Part shown: one piece after another, positions 40,229 through 48,668 of the stretch
Numbering within the stretch: position 1 is the first letter of the stretch
How the letters are laid out: each line of letters starts with the position of its first letter
Source of the DNA: an uncultured virus (IMG/VR IMGVR_UViG_3300006916_000047)
Lineage: Duplodnaviria; Heunggongvirae; Uroviricota; Caudoviricetes
DNA: 64,000 nt
Strand: one strand, 5' to 3'
Virus record (IMG/VR): IMGVR_UViG_3300006916_000047
Position numbers and translations under genes: made by a program
Notes under the pieces: model-generated
Told to the model about the DNA's origin: nothing
Databases searched by the model: none
Seen by the model: the letters and a program-made list of their open reading frames with translations, nothing else

Positions 40229-40471
40229 TTAATCGGTCTGTTCAAATATTCCGACTTGAACAGGCGCAGGGAGTCTTTGCGGATTATATCTTTCATATAC
40301 TTCTTCATAGCAATCATCACATATTGGGATTATTATTTTGTCATTAGTGGGTTCTTCACCAATTGGTTGGAACCTAATTTGCATATGGCGGTTTGCTCGT
40401 AAAAAGCAAACACCACATCTAGTGATGGATTTCTCCACCACCTTGTACTTTCGTAGCCATTTGAATATCAT
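40229..40471 (-). CDS. Small Zn-finger protein
   Basis: CGVC...ICDDC. Confidence 0.5.
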   Translation of the reverse strand: MIFKWLRKYKVVEKSITRCGVCFLRANRHMQIRFQPIGEEPTNDKIIIPICDDCYEEVYERYNPQRLPAPVQVGIFEQTD

Positions 40472-40647
40472 TCAAAGTCCAACTTAGTTTGCTTTCCATT
40501 CCAAGTGATGTCAATTGGAATACGATAAGTCCGTTCACCAAATGAGCCACATTTTAAACAAAGGAAGGTTTGGTGAATAACATTGTATGGTTCTTCAACG
40601 AACAAATCTTCTCCTGCTAATTCATAATCATCGTGTTGGCAACTCAT
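40468..40647 (-). CDS. Small Zn-binding protein (59 aa) with PIP-like tail
   Basis: MSCQH...CLKCG...GKQTKLDFE*. Confidence 0.5.
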   Translation of the reverse strand: MSCQHDDYELAGEDLFVEEPYNVIHQTFLCLKCGSFGERTYRIPIDITWNGKQTKLDFE

Positions 40648-40850
40648 TCTGTTCCCTCCAAATTAGTGTATAGAACAATATCGTTCAATTGGCAGTATTC
40701 AGCGATGTCTCTAATGCTAACAACATCTCTCCAGTTATGCATAACAAAACGAAGTACCATTTCGTTCCACACTGGATATTGCATCAAAAACAATATCATA
40801 TCGTTGTCTGACCATTTATCTGTAATTCTCATAAATTCTTCATATTTCAT
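40644..40850 (-). CDS. Hypothetical protein
   Basis: Likely start MKYEEF after AGGAGA. Confidence 0.5.
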   Translation of the reverse strand: MKYEEFMRITDKWSDNDMILFLMQYPVWNEMVLRFVMHNWRDVVSIRDIAEYCQLNDIVLYTNLEGTE

Positions 40851-40872
40851 TTTTATCTCTCCTTTTTTTGAG

Positions 40873-40937
40873 TAGGGCTTCGCACCCATTTGAGCGTCAA
40901 TTTCTCCATGACTCACGCTTACGCCAACTATACAGGG
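40873..40937 (-). ncRNA. Candidate structured RNA element, copy 2
   Basis: - strand TGTATAGTTGGCG...GGG-TGCGAAG-CCC; shares motifs with 21594-21644. Confidence 0.35.
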
Positions 40938-40956
40938 GAACAACTCCCTCGGAGTA

Positions 40957-42387
40957 TCAGTTAATTCCGGGCCTTGGCCCAACAAAGAACACACTTTCTT
41001 GCGCTCTTGTGATTGCTACATAGCAAATGTTGTTCTCTTCACGGCCACCTTTGGGGTGTGGCATTCGTTCTGTTGCGAGAATATAAACTCGCCTTGCTTC
41101 AAGACCCTTTGACTTGTGAACAGTAGAGAGCATGATTTCTCCCTTATCGTTTCCATCAAACACACGCTTGATTTCTTCAATGATTCCACCAACGGTTTCT
41201 GCTTTGTTGATGAAGATACGAATACAATCACGCTTATCCTCAAGAGCCATCGCTTGATTCTTCTTATCTTGTTGCATCAAGCGATTGTAGTTATACTCAA
41301 AGTCTGCTTGGAACAAGCCACTGAATTCATCAACACCCATGTTGTTGTTCTTGGTAATCTTCTTGACAGCGTTAATCAACCCCTTGGTCATATCTCGTCC
41401 AAGAATGTAGGCGGATTTGCCTTGAGAAATCAAGTCATAAAACGCTGAAACCAAAGGCGCATTGTAGCGACATAGAACCATATCGTTTCTTTGAGGACTG
41501 AAAGGCGCATCAACAACGACCTTTCCTTCAATAGCATTCGGAGCATGATGGAAGTCAGGAACATATCGGTTAGCCTCTTTGACAACATTAGTTGGGCAAC
41601 GCCATGAAATACTCAAAGGTAATTCAACGATTTCACGACTTGATTCTTTCATCAATCGCTGTTTGAACATGTTCATTGAGTTGCTATCAGCACCACGGAA
41701 ACCGTAAATTGCTTGGTTCTTATCACCAACAATCACACATCGTCCACCGTTCACAACACGGGAAATCAATTCTCGCTGTGCTTCATTGAAATCTTGTGCT
41801 TCATCAACAAACAGAATGTCATAGTGAGGCATTGGGTATTCATTTACCAATGGTAGCCAAATCATATCATCAAAGTCAATCTTGTTTGTTTGGGACTTTG
41901 CGAGATTAAGAATTGCTGGAATCGCACCAATGGCTTGATTCTCTTCACGGCTTGATTCAAAGACAATGTTATATTGGTCAATCAATCCACGAATAGATTT
42001 CACATCGGTTGCTTCAACTAAAGAACCCTTGATTAGGGAAATGAGTTTGCACAAAGGAGCAGTATAGTAGTCTTTGCCCAATAATTCTTGAATAATGTAG
42101 TGAGTCTTACGACCATCAACTTTGGTTCGCACTCCGGCATTTCGGATGGCGGCGAAACCAAAAGCGTGGAATGTTTTTGCATCTACGCTATCGGGCAACC
42201 TTTCTTGCAGTTCAGTCTGAATTGATTTGTTGAAGCAAAGGAACGCCGCATTGGTTGAATCAATACGGTTAGCGGCTTCAACAATCGTTGAAGTCTTTCC
42301 TGTTCCTGCACCAGCATTTACAATTACATGGCTCTCAGTTTCCACAATACTGTGGAAAATCTCGTTTTGTTGTTCTGTGTATTTCAT
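40957..42387 (-). CDS. UvrD/Rep-family SF1 helicase
   Basis: AGAGTGKT, VDEAQD, VGDKNQAIYGFRGA, STVHKSKGLE, YVAITRA. Confidence 0.92.
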   Translation of the reverse strand: MKYTEQQNEIFHSIVETESHVIVNAGAGTGKTSTIVEAANRIDSTNAAFLCFNKSIQTELQERLPDSVDAKTFHAFGFAAIRNAGVRTKVDGRKTHYIIQELLGKDYYTAPLCKLISLIKGSLVEATDVKSIRGLIDQYNIVFESSREENQAIGAIPAILNLAKSQTNKIDFDDMIWLPLVNEYPMPHYDILFVDEAQDFNEAQRELISRVVNGGRCVIVGDKNQAIYGFRGADSNSMNMFKQRLMKESSREIVELPLSISWRCPTNVVKEANRYVPDFHHAPNAIEGKVVVDAPFSPQRNDMVLCRYNAPLVSAFYDLISQGKSAYILGRDMTKGLINAVKKITKNNNMGVDEFSGLFQADFEYNYNRLMQQDKKNQAMALEDKRDCIRIFINKAETVGGIIEEIKRVFDGNDKGEIMLSTVHKSKGLEARRVYILATERMPHPKGGREENNICYVAITRAQESVFFVGPRPGIN

Positions 42388-42489
42388 TTATTTTCACCTT
42401 TATTTTATATTTGAATAGGAGGGAAAGGAGAACAAAACCGATTGCTCGGTCATTACTTTTTGGCCCCTGTTCTACAACTTTCCCATGAG

Positions 42490-42573
42490 TGCTAAGGGCA
42501 GGATTTGAACCTGCGAACCATTACGGACAGGAGTTTAAGCCCTGCGCGTTTAACCATGCTCCGCCACCTTAGC
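42490..42573 (-). tRNA. tRNA-Leu(UAA), long variable arm, CCA not encoded
   Basis: GCTAAGG/CCTTAGC acceptor stem, CAGGG-CTTAAAC-TCCTG anticodon arm, GCAGG-TTCAAAT-CCTGC T arm. Confidence 0.9.
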
Positions 42574-42705
42574 AGTTGTTTGATGTAATGCTTACGCATT
42601 TAAGAAACAAATTGTATTCTTTTGGGTTTGCCCCCAACATCAAGAGGGGCGGGGCGGCACCCCTTATAAGCAGCCGACCCCCTTCGGCCCCCTCGGATAT
42701 AGAGC

Positions 42706-42960
42706 CTAACTGAGCAGGTTTAACTCATTAACAGCGATTGCTGCAATTACGATAACAATGCCAAGGCTCCACATTAGCCTTCTTCTAACATTGTTTGGTG
42801 GGTTGCACTTCTTATTCAAGCAATAATGACTTACCAAGATATTGCCTTGATGAACATAAGTCTCTACTAGATGATTGGTGTCTTTTGGAATATCAATTCC
42901 ACAGGTTTGGCAAATAGTGTTTTTATCTGCCTTAATATAGACTTCTTCAATTAATTTCAT
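42706..42960 (-). CDS. Small Zn-finger protein with C-terminal membrane helix
   Basis: CQTC...HYC...C, then LMWSLGIVIVIAAIAV. Confidence 0.55.
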   Translation of the reverse strand: MKLIEEVYIKADKNTICQTCGIDIPKDTNHLVETYVHQGNILVSHYCLNKKCNPPNNVRRRLMWSLGIVIVIAAIAVNELNLLS

Positions 42961-43134
42961 AGTGATACCCCTAAGAGGTGGGGAGAAAACCTTCGGGAAA
43001 GAACCGCAACCAGCGAAGAACCCATAGGTTTTTTTATTCTCGCCAAACTCCCCATGAGAGAAAGGGAGAATAGAGGGCCTTAGCCCCCTATCCCCCGTTG
43101 TTCAAGTCAGAGACTTGGATTTGGCTTTTAGTCT

Positions 43135-43587
43135 TCACTCTTCGGAAAGAAGAGACGAAACGCTACCGTCCCATTCGCCAGCCTTGTATTGCTTAACCAA
43201 TGCGCTACGAGTGCGCTTCACGACGGAAGCGGCGTAGTCATCGGAAGTTTCGTACAAAGCACCGCCTCTAGCAAAAGAGACTTGGGCGATGATTTCGTCA
43301 TGGTCGAAGTAAGCAGAAGCGGCTTCGCTCACAACTCCACAAATCTTGTCAATAGAGACTCGCACAGCAGTTGGAACCGATGGTTTCTTTCCCTTGCGGA
43401 AAGGTGTTCCATCTCGTCCCTTCAAAAGAGCCTTCACTGCATTTCGGCAGTTCTCTCTTTCTCCGGCGTCATTCGTTCCAATCTCAAGGTTGAGGCTGAT
43501 GACTTGGCTAAGTCCAGCCTCAAGGTCTGCGGCCTCAAGGTATTCGTTCACATCAAGCACTAGGCTATCCCATTCGGTGTTTTCCAT
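43135..43587 (-). CDS. Hypothetical protein, distant paralog of 46130..46651 and 47291..47827
   Basis: Shared pattern W...L.IG...R...A...KG...P...GK/R...GG.Y...ALV..YKA..W.G. Confidence 0.6.
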   Translation of the reverse strand: MENTEWDSLVLDVNEYLEAADLEAGLSQVISLNLEIGTNDAGERENCRNAVKALLKGRDGTPFRKGKKPSVPTAVRVSIDKICGVVSEAASAYFDHDEIIAQVSFARGGALYETSDDYAASVVKRTRSALVKQYKAGEWDGSVSSLLSEE

Positions 43588-43635
43588 ATTTTTCAACTCC
43601 ATCCCCATTCGGGGGTAAGTTATCATGTTGTTATC

Positions 43636-43652
43636 CCCATATAAAGCACCCT
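43636..43652 (-). promoter_or_regulatory. Archaeal TATA-box promoter heading the - strand block
   Basis: - strand AGGGTGC-TTTATATG-GG; matches 36629-36645. Confidence 0.55.
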
Positions 43653-43830
43653 AAAATGATTAAAAGTCGCCCTGATAGCAGGACTTGTGAATAATTACTC
43701 AGGTTGCATTGTAGAACAACCATCAGCCACCATCCGAAGACTGTTGATTAAAAACATCAAATGAGCACAATTAGCCCACAAAGCCAATTAATTCTATTTA
43801 GCCCAATTTAAATCGCATCAATAGAAGAAA

Positions 43831-44205
43831 ATGCATCTCACCAACGGATGCATCTCACATCCATCTCAAAAATCGGCAAATCGTGAGACGAACACTTATG
43901 CAACACAACCCTACCTGTTAGACCCCATAACGACACCTTTTCCATAATGCATCTCATCCATCTCATATCTCACGCACCCTCTACTTTCTCTCATACCTTT
44001 TTTTCCCATAAGGACTCTCTCCTAGAAGCACTTATGAAAAGCACTTATGTAAAGGGTTTCATAGAACGCTCTCTCAGAGAGTATGAGATATGAGATATGA
44101 GATATATGAGATGTATTGATTAAGAATATGTAGTTATGATACATAACTACCCCTATCCTCATCCAATACAATCCATCTCATTCCCTGCTTCGGATGAGAC
44201 GGATT
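43831..44205. repeat. Cluster of direct and inverted YATCTCA/TGAGAY repeats in non-coding DNA (origin- or packaging-like)
   Basis: CATCTCA at 43834, 43851, 43862, 43950, 43959, 44174; TATCTCA at 43966; TGAGAT at 44084, 44091, 44098, 44107; TGAGAC at 43884, 44195. Confidence 0.75.
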
Positions 44206-44432
44206 GATTAATCTATATTATATGATATATTGGATATTAGATATGCTATGTTATTCTTATTTGAAATACATCCAATTGAGCACTACCCTTTGTTTGTGTT
44301 ATTGTGGTCGGTATAACTTATTTTGCCGAGTAAAAGGGGTTCTTTAAATATGGAATAAGAAATCCTTGCATTCTTTCCTACCATATGGTCATAACTTTGT
44401 GGCTATTGGCCCGAAGGCCGTTTCCTGCCCCC

Positions 44433-44744
44433 TCAGGGCCTCTCAAAGGGCAGGGGGAGGGTATGGTCTTCTTCCCATTCGCCCTTCTCTTCGTTGTATT
44501 TGGGCTTCACCACGAAGTCTTCACCGAGGTTCCACATCAATTCGCTCATTTTGCCCCAATAAGCACCAATCTCCTTACGGGTCGCTAATCGGCACATTTC
44601 GCAGGCATTGACCTTGTATGGAGCGCACTTTTCACATGGAACAACGGCAACATACCCATAATTAGCAACATCTGGCGTTCTACCGATGGCTCGGAAGCAG
44701 AAACGGACTTTATCGTAGGGTGTTCGGCGCATAACTCGGCTCAT
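44433..44744 (-). CDS. Unit 1 protein (Cys-rich)
   Basis: Fills the interval between sites 1 and 2; CEKC...CEMC. Confidence 0.6.
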   Translation of the reverse strand: MSRVMRRTPYDKVRFCFRAIGRTPDVANYGYVAVVPCEKCAPYKVNACEMCRLATRKEIGAYWGKMSELMWNLGEDFVVKPKYNEEKGEWEEDHTLPLPFERP

Positions 44745-44834
44745 ATTAACACCATAATCGCATTATTCATCGGGTGGGACATACAAAGATGCCCCACCAT
44801 ATGGTCATAACTTTGAGTGATGACCCGAAGGCCG

Positions 44835-45131
44835 TTAGTAGCGGGGGGCTTCCTCAAGCCATCCCTCCAAATCCTCACGAAGCGAGTTGTAGCGAGTAGC
44901 GTCCCGCATCATCTCCACAATGATGATTTTTGCTTCTTGCGAAAGCGTGGCCCATTCCTCGGCAGGGAACTCCCAATCATTGACGACGGTAAATTCTGCC
45001 CGGAGGATTCGGTACTTTTCCTCAATTCGGATGATTTCATGGAAGGCATCTCCAGCATCTTCCTTTAGTGCATAGACTTCTTGGATTTCCTTTCGCTCTG
45101 CATCTCGTAATTCACGGAGTTGGGTGTTCAT
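44835..45131 (-). CDS. Unit 2 protein (acidic, helical)
   Basis: Fills the interval between sites 2 and 3. Confidence 0.65.
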   Translation of the reverse strand: MNTQLRELRDAERKEIQEVYALKEDAGDAFHEIIRIEEKYRILRAEFTVVNDWEFPAEEWATLSQEAKIIIVEMMRDATRYNSLREDLEGWLEEAPRY

Positions 45132-45613
45132 GCCAATGTGAGACTTAGGGGTTTTATGGGGTGTTATTCACAAAGTTATAACACCATATGGTTGGCTTTG
45201 CTTCAACCCCGCATCTTCGGGGGCGTTGCACACCTCACATGATTTTAGAGGGTGCTTATGGTCAAATGCTTCGCACACCAATGTTGATACTTCTTCTATT
45301 GTTTTCATGGTCTTCACCTGTGGATATATTGAATCGGAGACACACCTCGTTCTACCCTTTACTTCTTTCAATCGCTTACCGCTTTCCGTCGCCGTTTCCT
45401 TCGCACTTTTCCTAGGATTGTTGCGCCTTGTTTCTGCTTTCGTGGCGGGCTTCGCCTATTTCTGTCGGTTGATGTGTTCTTTTCGTCAAGGAGGGATGCA
45501 TATCGCTTGACTACACTAAGGGCTGAATAAATCTGTTTTTGGTAAGGTAGAGACAAAGCCCTACCATATGGTATTGCTTTGTTATACCCGAAGGGGCCGA
45601 AGCCCCAACGATT

Positions 45614-45991
45614 CTACTCCTCCTCATCCCCATACTCGGTGTGATACACATAGAGAAGAACACGGACATCCTTCTCCTCACGGGAAACGGCTTCAAATTC
45701 GGCCTGTTCATGCCCTTCGGCATCAAGATTCACTTCGTAGGTAAAACCGTCATAGATGTCATTCCGAGCCATGGCATGAAATTGCATGAGCGTTTTGGCG
45801 GCCTTGCTCCATTCCTCAAGAGTAATGTTTCCTTCATCGGATTGAACCAATTCAATGAATTGCCGGTGATGAGTAGTCAAACCCCATGCAATACCCGAAC
45901 CAACACGGTTTTCAATACCAAGCATCCAGCCGCAAGTGTTGTCAATCAAATGTTGCTTCTTTTTAGTTGTGAACATGGTAATGAGAAACAT
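45614..45991 (-). CDS. Unit 4 protein
   Basis: Fills the interval between sites 4 and 5; start uncertain (MFLITM or MFTTKK); ends YGDEEE. Confidence 0.6.
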   Translation of the reverse strand: MFLITMFTTKKKQHLIDNTCGWMLGIENRVGSGIAWGLTTHHRQFIELVQSDEGNITLEEWSKAAKTLMQFHAMARNDIYDGFTYEVNLDAEGHEQAEFEAVSREEKDVRVLLYVYHTEYGDEEE

Positions 45992-46129
45992 ATGATATTT
46001 AGAATATGGTGCGACAAAGCCACACCATATGGTAATGCTTTGCACTTACCTTATCAAAAACATATCTGTTAGACCACTGTTGCTTTCATAGGAACAGCAA
46101 GCAAAACCCACCAAAAGGAAGTGAAAAAT

Positions 46130-46651
46130 ATGAAATTGAACAACTGGAACCGAAATTCCGCACTCGTCCGTCTTTTCTTGGACGAAGTGGAAGACGAAAA
46201 TCTACACAAGGCCACACTGATTGGAACCCTCAACCTTGGCGACCAAGCAGAAAATGATGAAATGCGAACCGTGTACTGGACAGCCGTCCGAAACATGGGT
46301 AAAGGGATTGAGGGGTTTCCATCTTTCTCTGGTCGCCCTTCAGAGAACTATACCCCCGAACAAGAAGCGAACCTTCTCAGTGTTGTGAATACCCTTCGCT
46401 CTGCTTATGCTTCAGTCCCTACTGAAATGCAAGCCGTTCTTTTGAAGGTCAAAGTACCTCACGGACGAACCGGCGGCGAATTTGCCGACTACGAAGCCAT
46501 GATTGATGATGAATGCCGCAAGGCGCAAAATGTCATGAAGGCGGCCATCAAAGACAAGCGATGGGATGCATTGAGCATGGATGGAAACATTCCTCAAATC
46601 ACCCCAACGGCTGTTAAGGCTGATTCCGAGGAGGTTTCCGAGGAAGAGTGA
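46130..46651 (+). CDS. Unit 5 protein, paralog of unit 7
   Basis: LGDQAENDEMRTVYWTAVRNMGKG and PHGRTGG shared with unit 7. Confidence 0.75.
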   Translation: MKLNNWNRNSALVRLFLDEVEDENLHKATLIGTLNLGDQAENDEMRTVYWTAVRNMGKGIEGFPSFSGRPSENYTPEQEANLLSVVNTLRSAYASVPTEMQAVLLKVKVPHGRTGGEFADYEAMIDDECRKAQNVMKAAIKDKRWDALSMDGNIPQITPTAVKADSEEVSEEE

Positions 46652-46788
46652 GGTATGGTGGTTATATCTCGCTTGCTGTTCCTATGTTGGCCCCATTAGG
46701 GGCCACATGGGGATAAATGCAAAGCATTACCATATGGTAATGCGACTTTGAAGCATTACCTTATTAAATCATTAATTTCTGCCTTATC

Positions 46789-47019
46789 ATGACCGACTAT
46801 AACGGATGGACTAACCGAGAGACATGGCTTGTTGTTCTGTATTTTAGCGATATTGTTGCCCGCCCTAGTGGTTGGGATTTTATCAAGGAATCCATTCAAG
46901 AAGCATGGGACGAAATCCCAAAGGTAGGCTATGGCCTCTTTTTCAACGACTTCATCAACTTTGGTTTGATTGACTGGGAGCAAATCAAGCGTTCAGCGTA
47001 TGGAGATGAGGAAGAATGA
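46789..47019 (+). CDS. Unit 6 protein (YNGWTNxETW family of small phage proteins)
   Basis: MTDYNGWTNRETWLV...IDWEQI; ends YGDEEE. Confidence 0.7.
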   Translation: MTDYNGWTNRETWLVVLYFSDIVARPSGWDFIKESIQEAWDEIPKVGYGLFFNDFINFGLIDWEQIKRSAYGDEEE

Positions 47020-47132
47020 CCGTTTATTGTCCTGAAATGTGCGGGCCTATGGAGTTTGACCCTGAATACGAATGTTATGAATGTAAGCGGTGCGGGTGCT
47101 TTGCTTACCTTGACTCTGCTCATGAGAGGTGA
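47016..47132 (+). CDS. Unit 6 second gene, micro Zn ribbon (38 aa)
   Basis: MTVYCPEMCG...YECKRCG; ATGA overlap with the preceding stop. Confidence 0.55.
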   Translation: MTVYCPEMCGPMEFDPEYECYECKRCGCFAYLDSAHER

Positions 47133-47290
47133 GAAAAGCGGCGGCCTTCGGGTCGCCTGCGTTATCCTCAAAGATACGACCATATGGTAGGAATGCTTTG
47201 CATTCAAATGAAATGATACCCTATCGTGCTATTTTCCACACCTCTACTGCTTCGGGGGAATGAAGCAACTTACTGTAAGGATGTGAAATC

Positions 47291-47827
47291 ATGACAGGAA
47301 TGAAACAAGAAAACTGGATTCGTAATACCAACCCCATTCGGGATTGGTTGAACAATCAAGAAGAAACGATGAAGACCATCACTATTGCCAACACCATTCA
47401 ATTGGGCGATAGTGCTGAGAATGATGAAATGCGTAGCGTCTATTGGACGGCTATTCGGAACATGGGAAAAGGCTGCGACACCTTCCCACAATCCACTATT
47501 GGCAAACCATCTACGCTCCCACAAGGGGTTCAAGATGCTGTGCGTTCTGTGAAGAACCGTTTGGTTCGTGCATTTGTGGAGGTTGGTGAAGCCGATTTGA
47601 TTTTGGCCACCATTTTCCCCCACGGGCGTACTGGCGGCTCCTACGAGGATATTGAAGCGTTTGCTGAGGCTATGGCCGACAAAGCAGAAAGCGCACTCGT
47701 TAGCGCCTACAAAGCCAAGCCCGAACAACGCTGGAATGGCGAAATGGTGGACGATTTGCCCACTATGACCCCGCCCCCAGTTAAGGCGAAGAAGGCCGAA
47801 GTCTCCGAGGTGAGCGAAGAAGAGTGA
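47291..47827 (+). CDS. Unit 7 protein, paralog of unit 5
   Basis: LGDSAENDEMRSVYWTAIRNMGKG, PHGRTGG, ends EVSEEE. Confidence 0.75.
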   Translation: MTGMKQENWIRNTNPIRDWLNNQEETMKTITIANTIQLGDSAENDEMRSVYWTAIRNMGKGCDTFPQSTIGKPSTLPQGVQDAVRSVKNRLVRAFVEVGEADLILATIFPHGRTGGSYEDIEAFAEAMADKAESALVSAYKAKPEQRWNGEMVDDLPTMTPPPVKAKKAEVSEVSEEE

Positions 47828-47961
47828 TTTGCTCTTTCCCCCGTGGCCCCATTGACTTGGGGTTTTCGCTACGCTGGCAAAGCCAAACCATATGGTAGTG
47901 TGAGTCTTTGTATCACACTACCCTAAATTGGTTTGTTTTGCGTCCCTTTGGAGGAAAAAAG

Positions 47962-48315
47962 ATGCAAACTTTTTACGAATGGCTTGAAGAAAAAACAGAC
48001 AGGGAAAACCGATGGGTTAGAAACGAGGAAGGAATTAGGTATTTCTTCTCCGTGGACACCATCTACGAAACCTTTTGGGAAACTGCTGATGTTTCAGCAG
48101 AAATGATGGAAAAGGACGACTTGGACGAGATTCTCCCAATTTGGAAGGAATACGCTAAGGAACACAAACCATTCCACTACACTCAAAAGGACATCAACGA
48201 GCGCATTCGTGAAAACAACGCTGAAATGCGAACCCGTTCTTATGAAATGGGTTGGGGTGGAGGATTTACTTCAGATGAGCGAGGTCGGCACACTTACTTC
48301 CCACCCGACTATTGA
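47962..48315 (+). CDS. Unit 8 protein
   Basis: MQTFYEW after GGAGG; fills the interval between sites 8 and 9. Confidence 0.65.
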   Translation: MQTFYEWLEEKTDRENRWVRNEEGIRYFFSVDTIYETFWETADVSAEMMEKDDLDEILPIWKEYAKEHKPFHYTQKDINERIRENNAEMRTRSYEMGWGGGFTSDERGRHTYFPPDY

Positions 48316-48410
48316 GGCGAAAGCCGCCCTATGAAGCAATCGCTGAGGGTTTTAGCAAAGCACCAACCATATGGTCGTATTCTTTGAATAAAGGCCCGAA
48401 GGCCGCCAAA

Positions 48411-48668
48411 TTAGGCGAAGTCCGCCTCTTCAGCACATTCGTTGCAGTAGTCGGCAATAATCATCAATTTGTCGTGGCTACACGACCAGAGGAAACCTAG
48501 AGCGTCTTCATTCCAAGAATACCATTTGGCATCGTTGTAGGTTTCGTCTGGGCTATTGGGAAATAGAAGTTCAATGAAATCAAATTTGTTTAGGCGGGTG
48601 AGAAATTTCAAGTCATCAAGGTAGTGTCCGAGGGTGTTCCAGTTCATCATAATAGGGGCGTTAATCAT
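48411..48668 (-). CDS. Unit 9 protein
   Basis: Fills the interval between sites 9 and 10. Confidence 0.6.
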   Translation of the reverse strand: MINAPIMMNWNTLGHYLDDLKFLTRLNKFDFIELLFPNSPDETYNDAKWYSWNEDALGFLWSCSHDKLMIIADYCNECAEEADFA

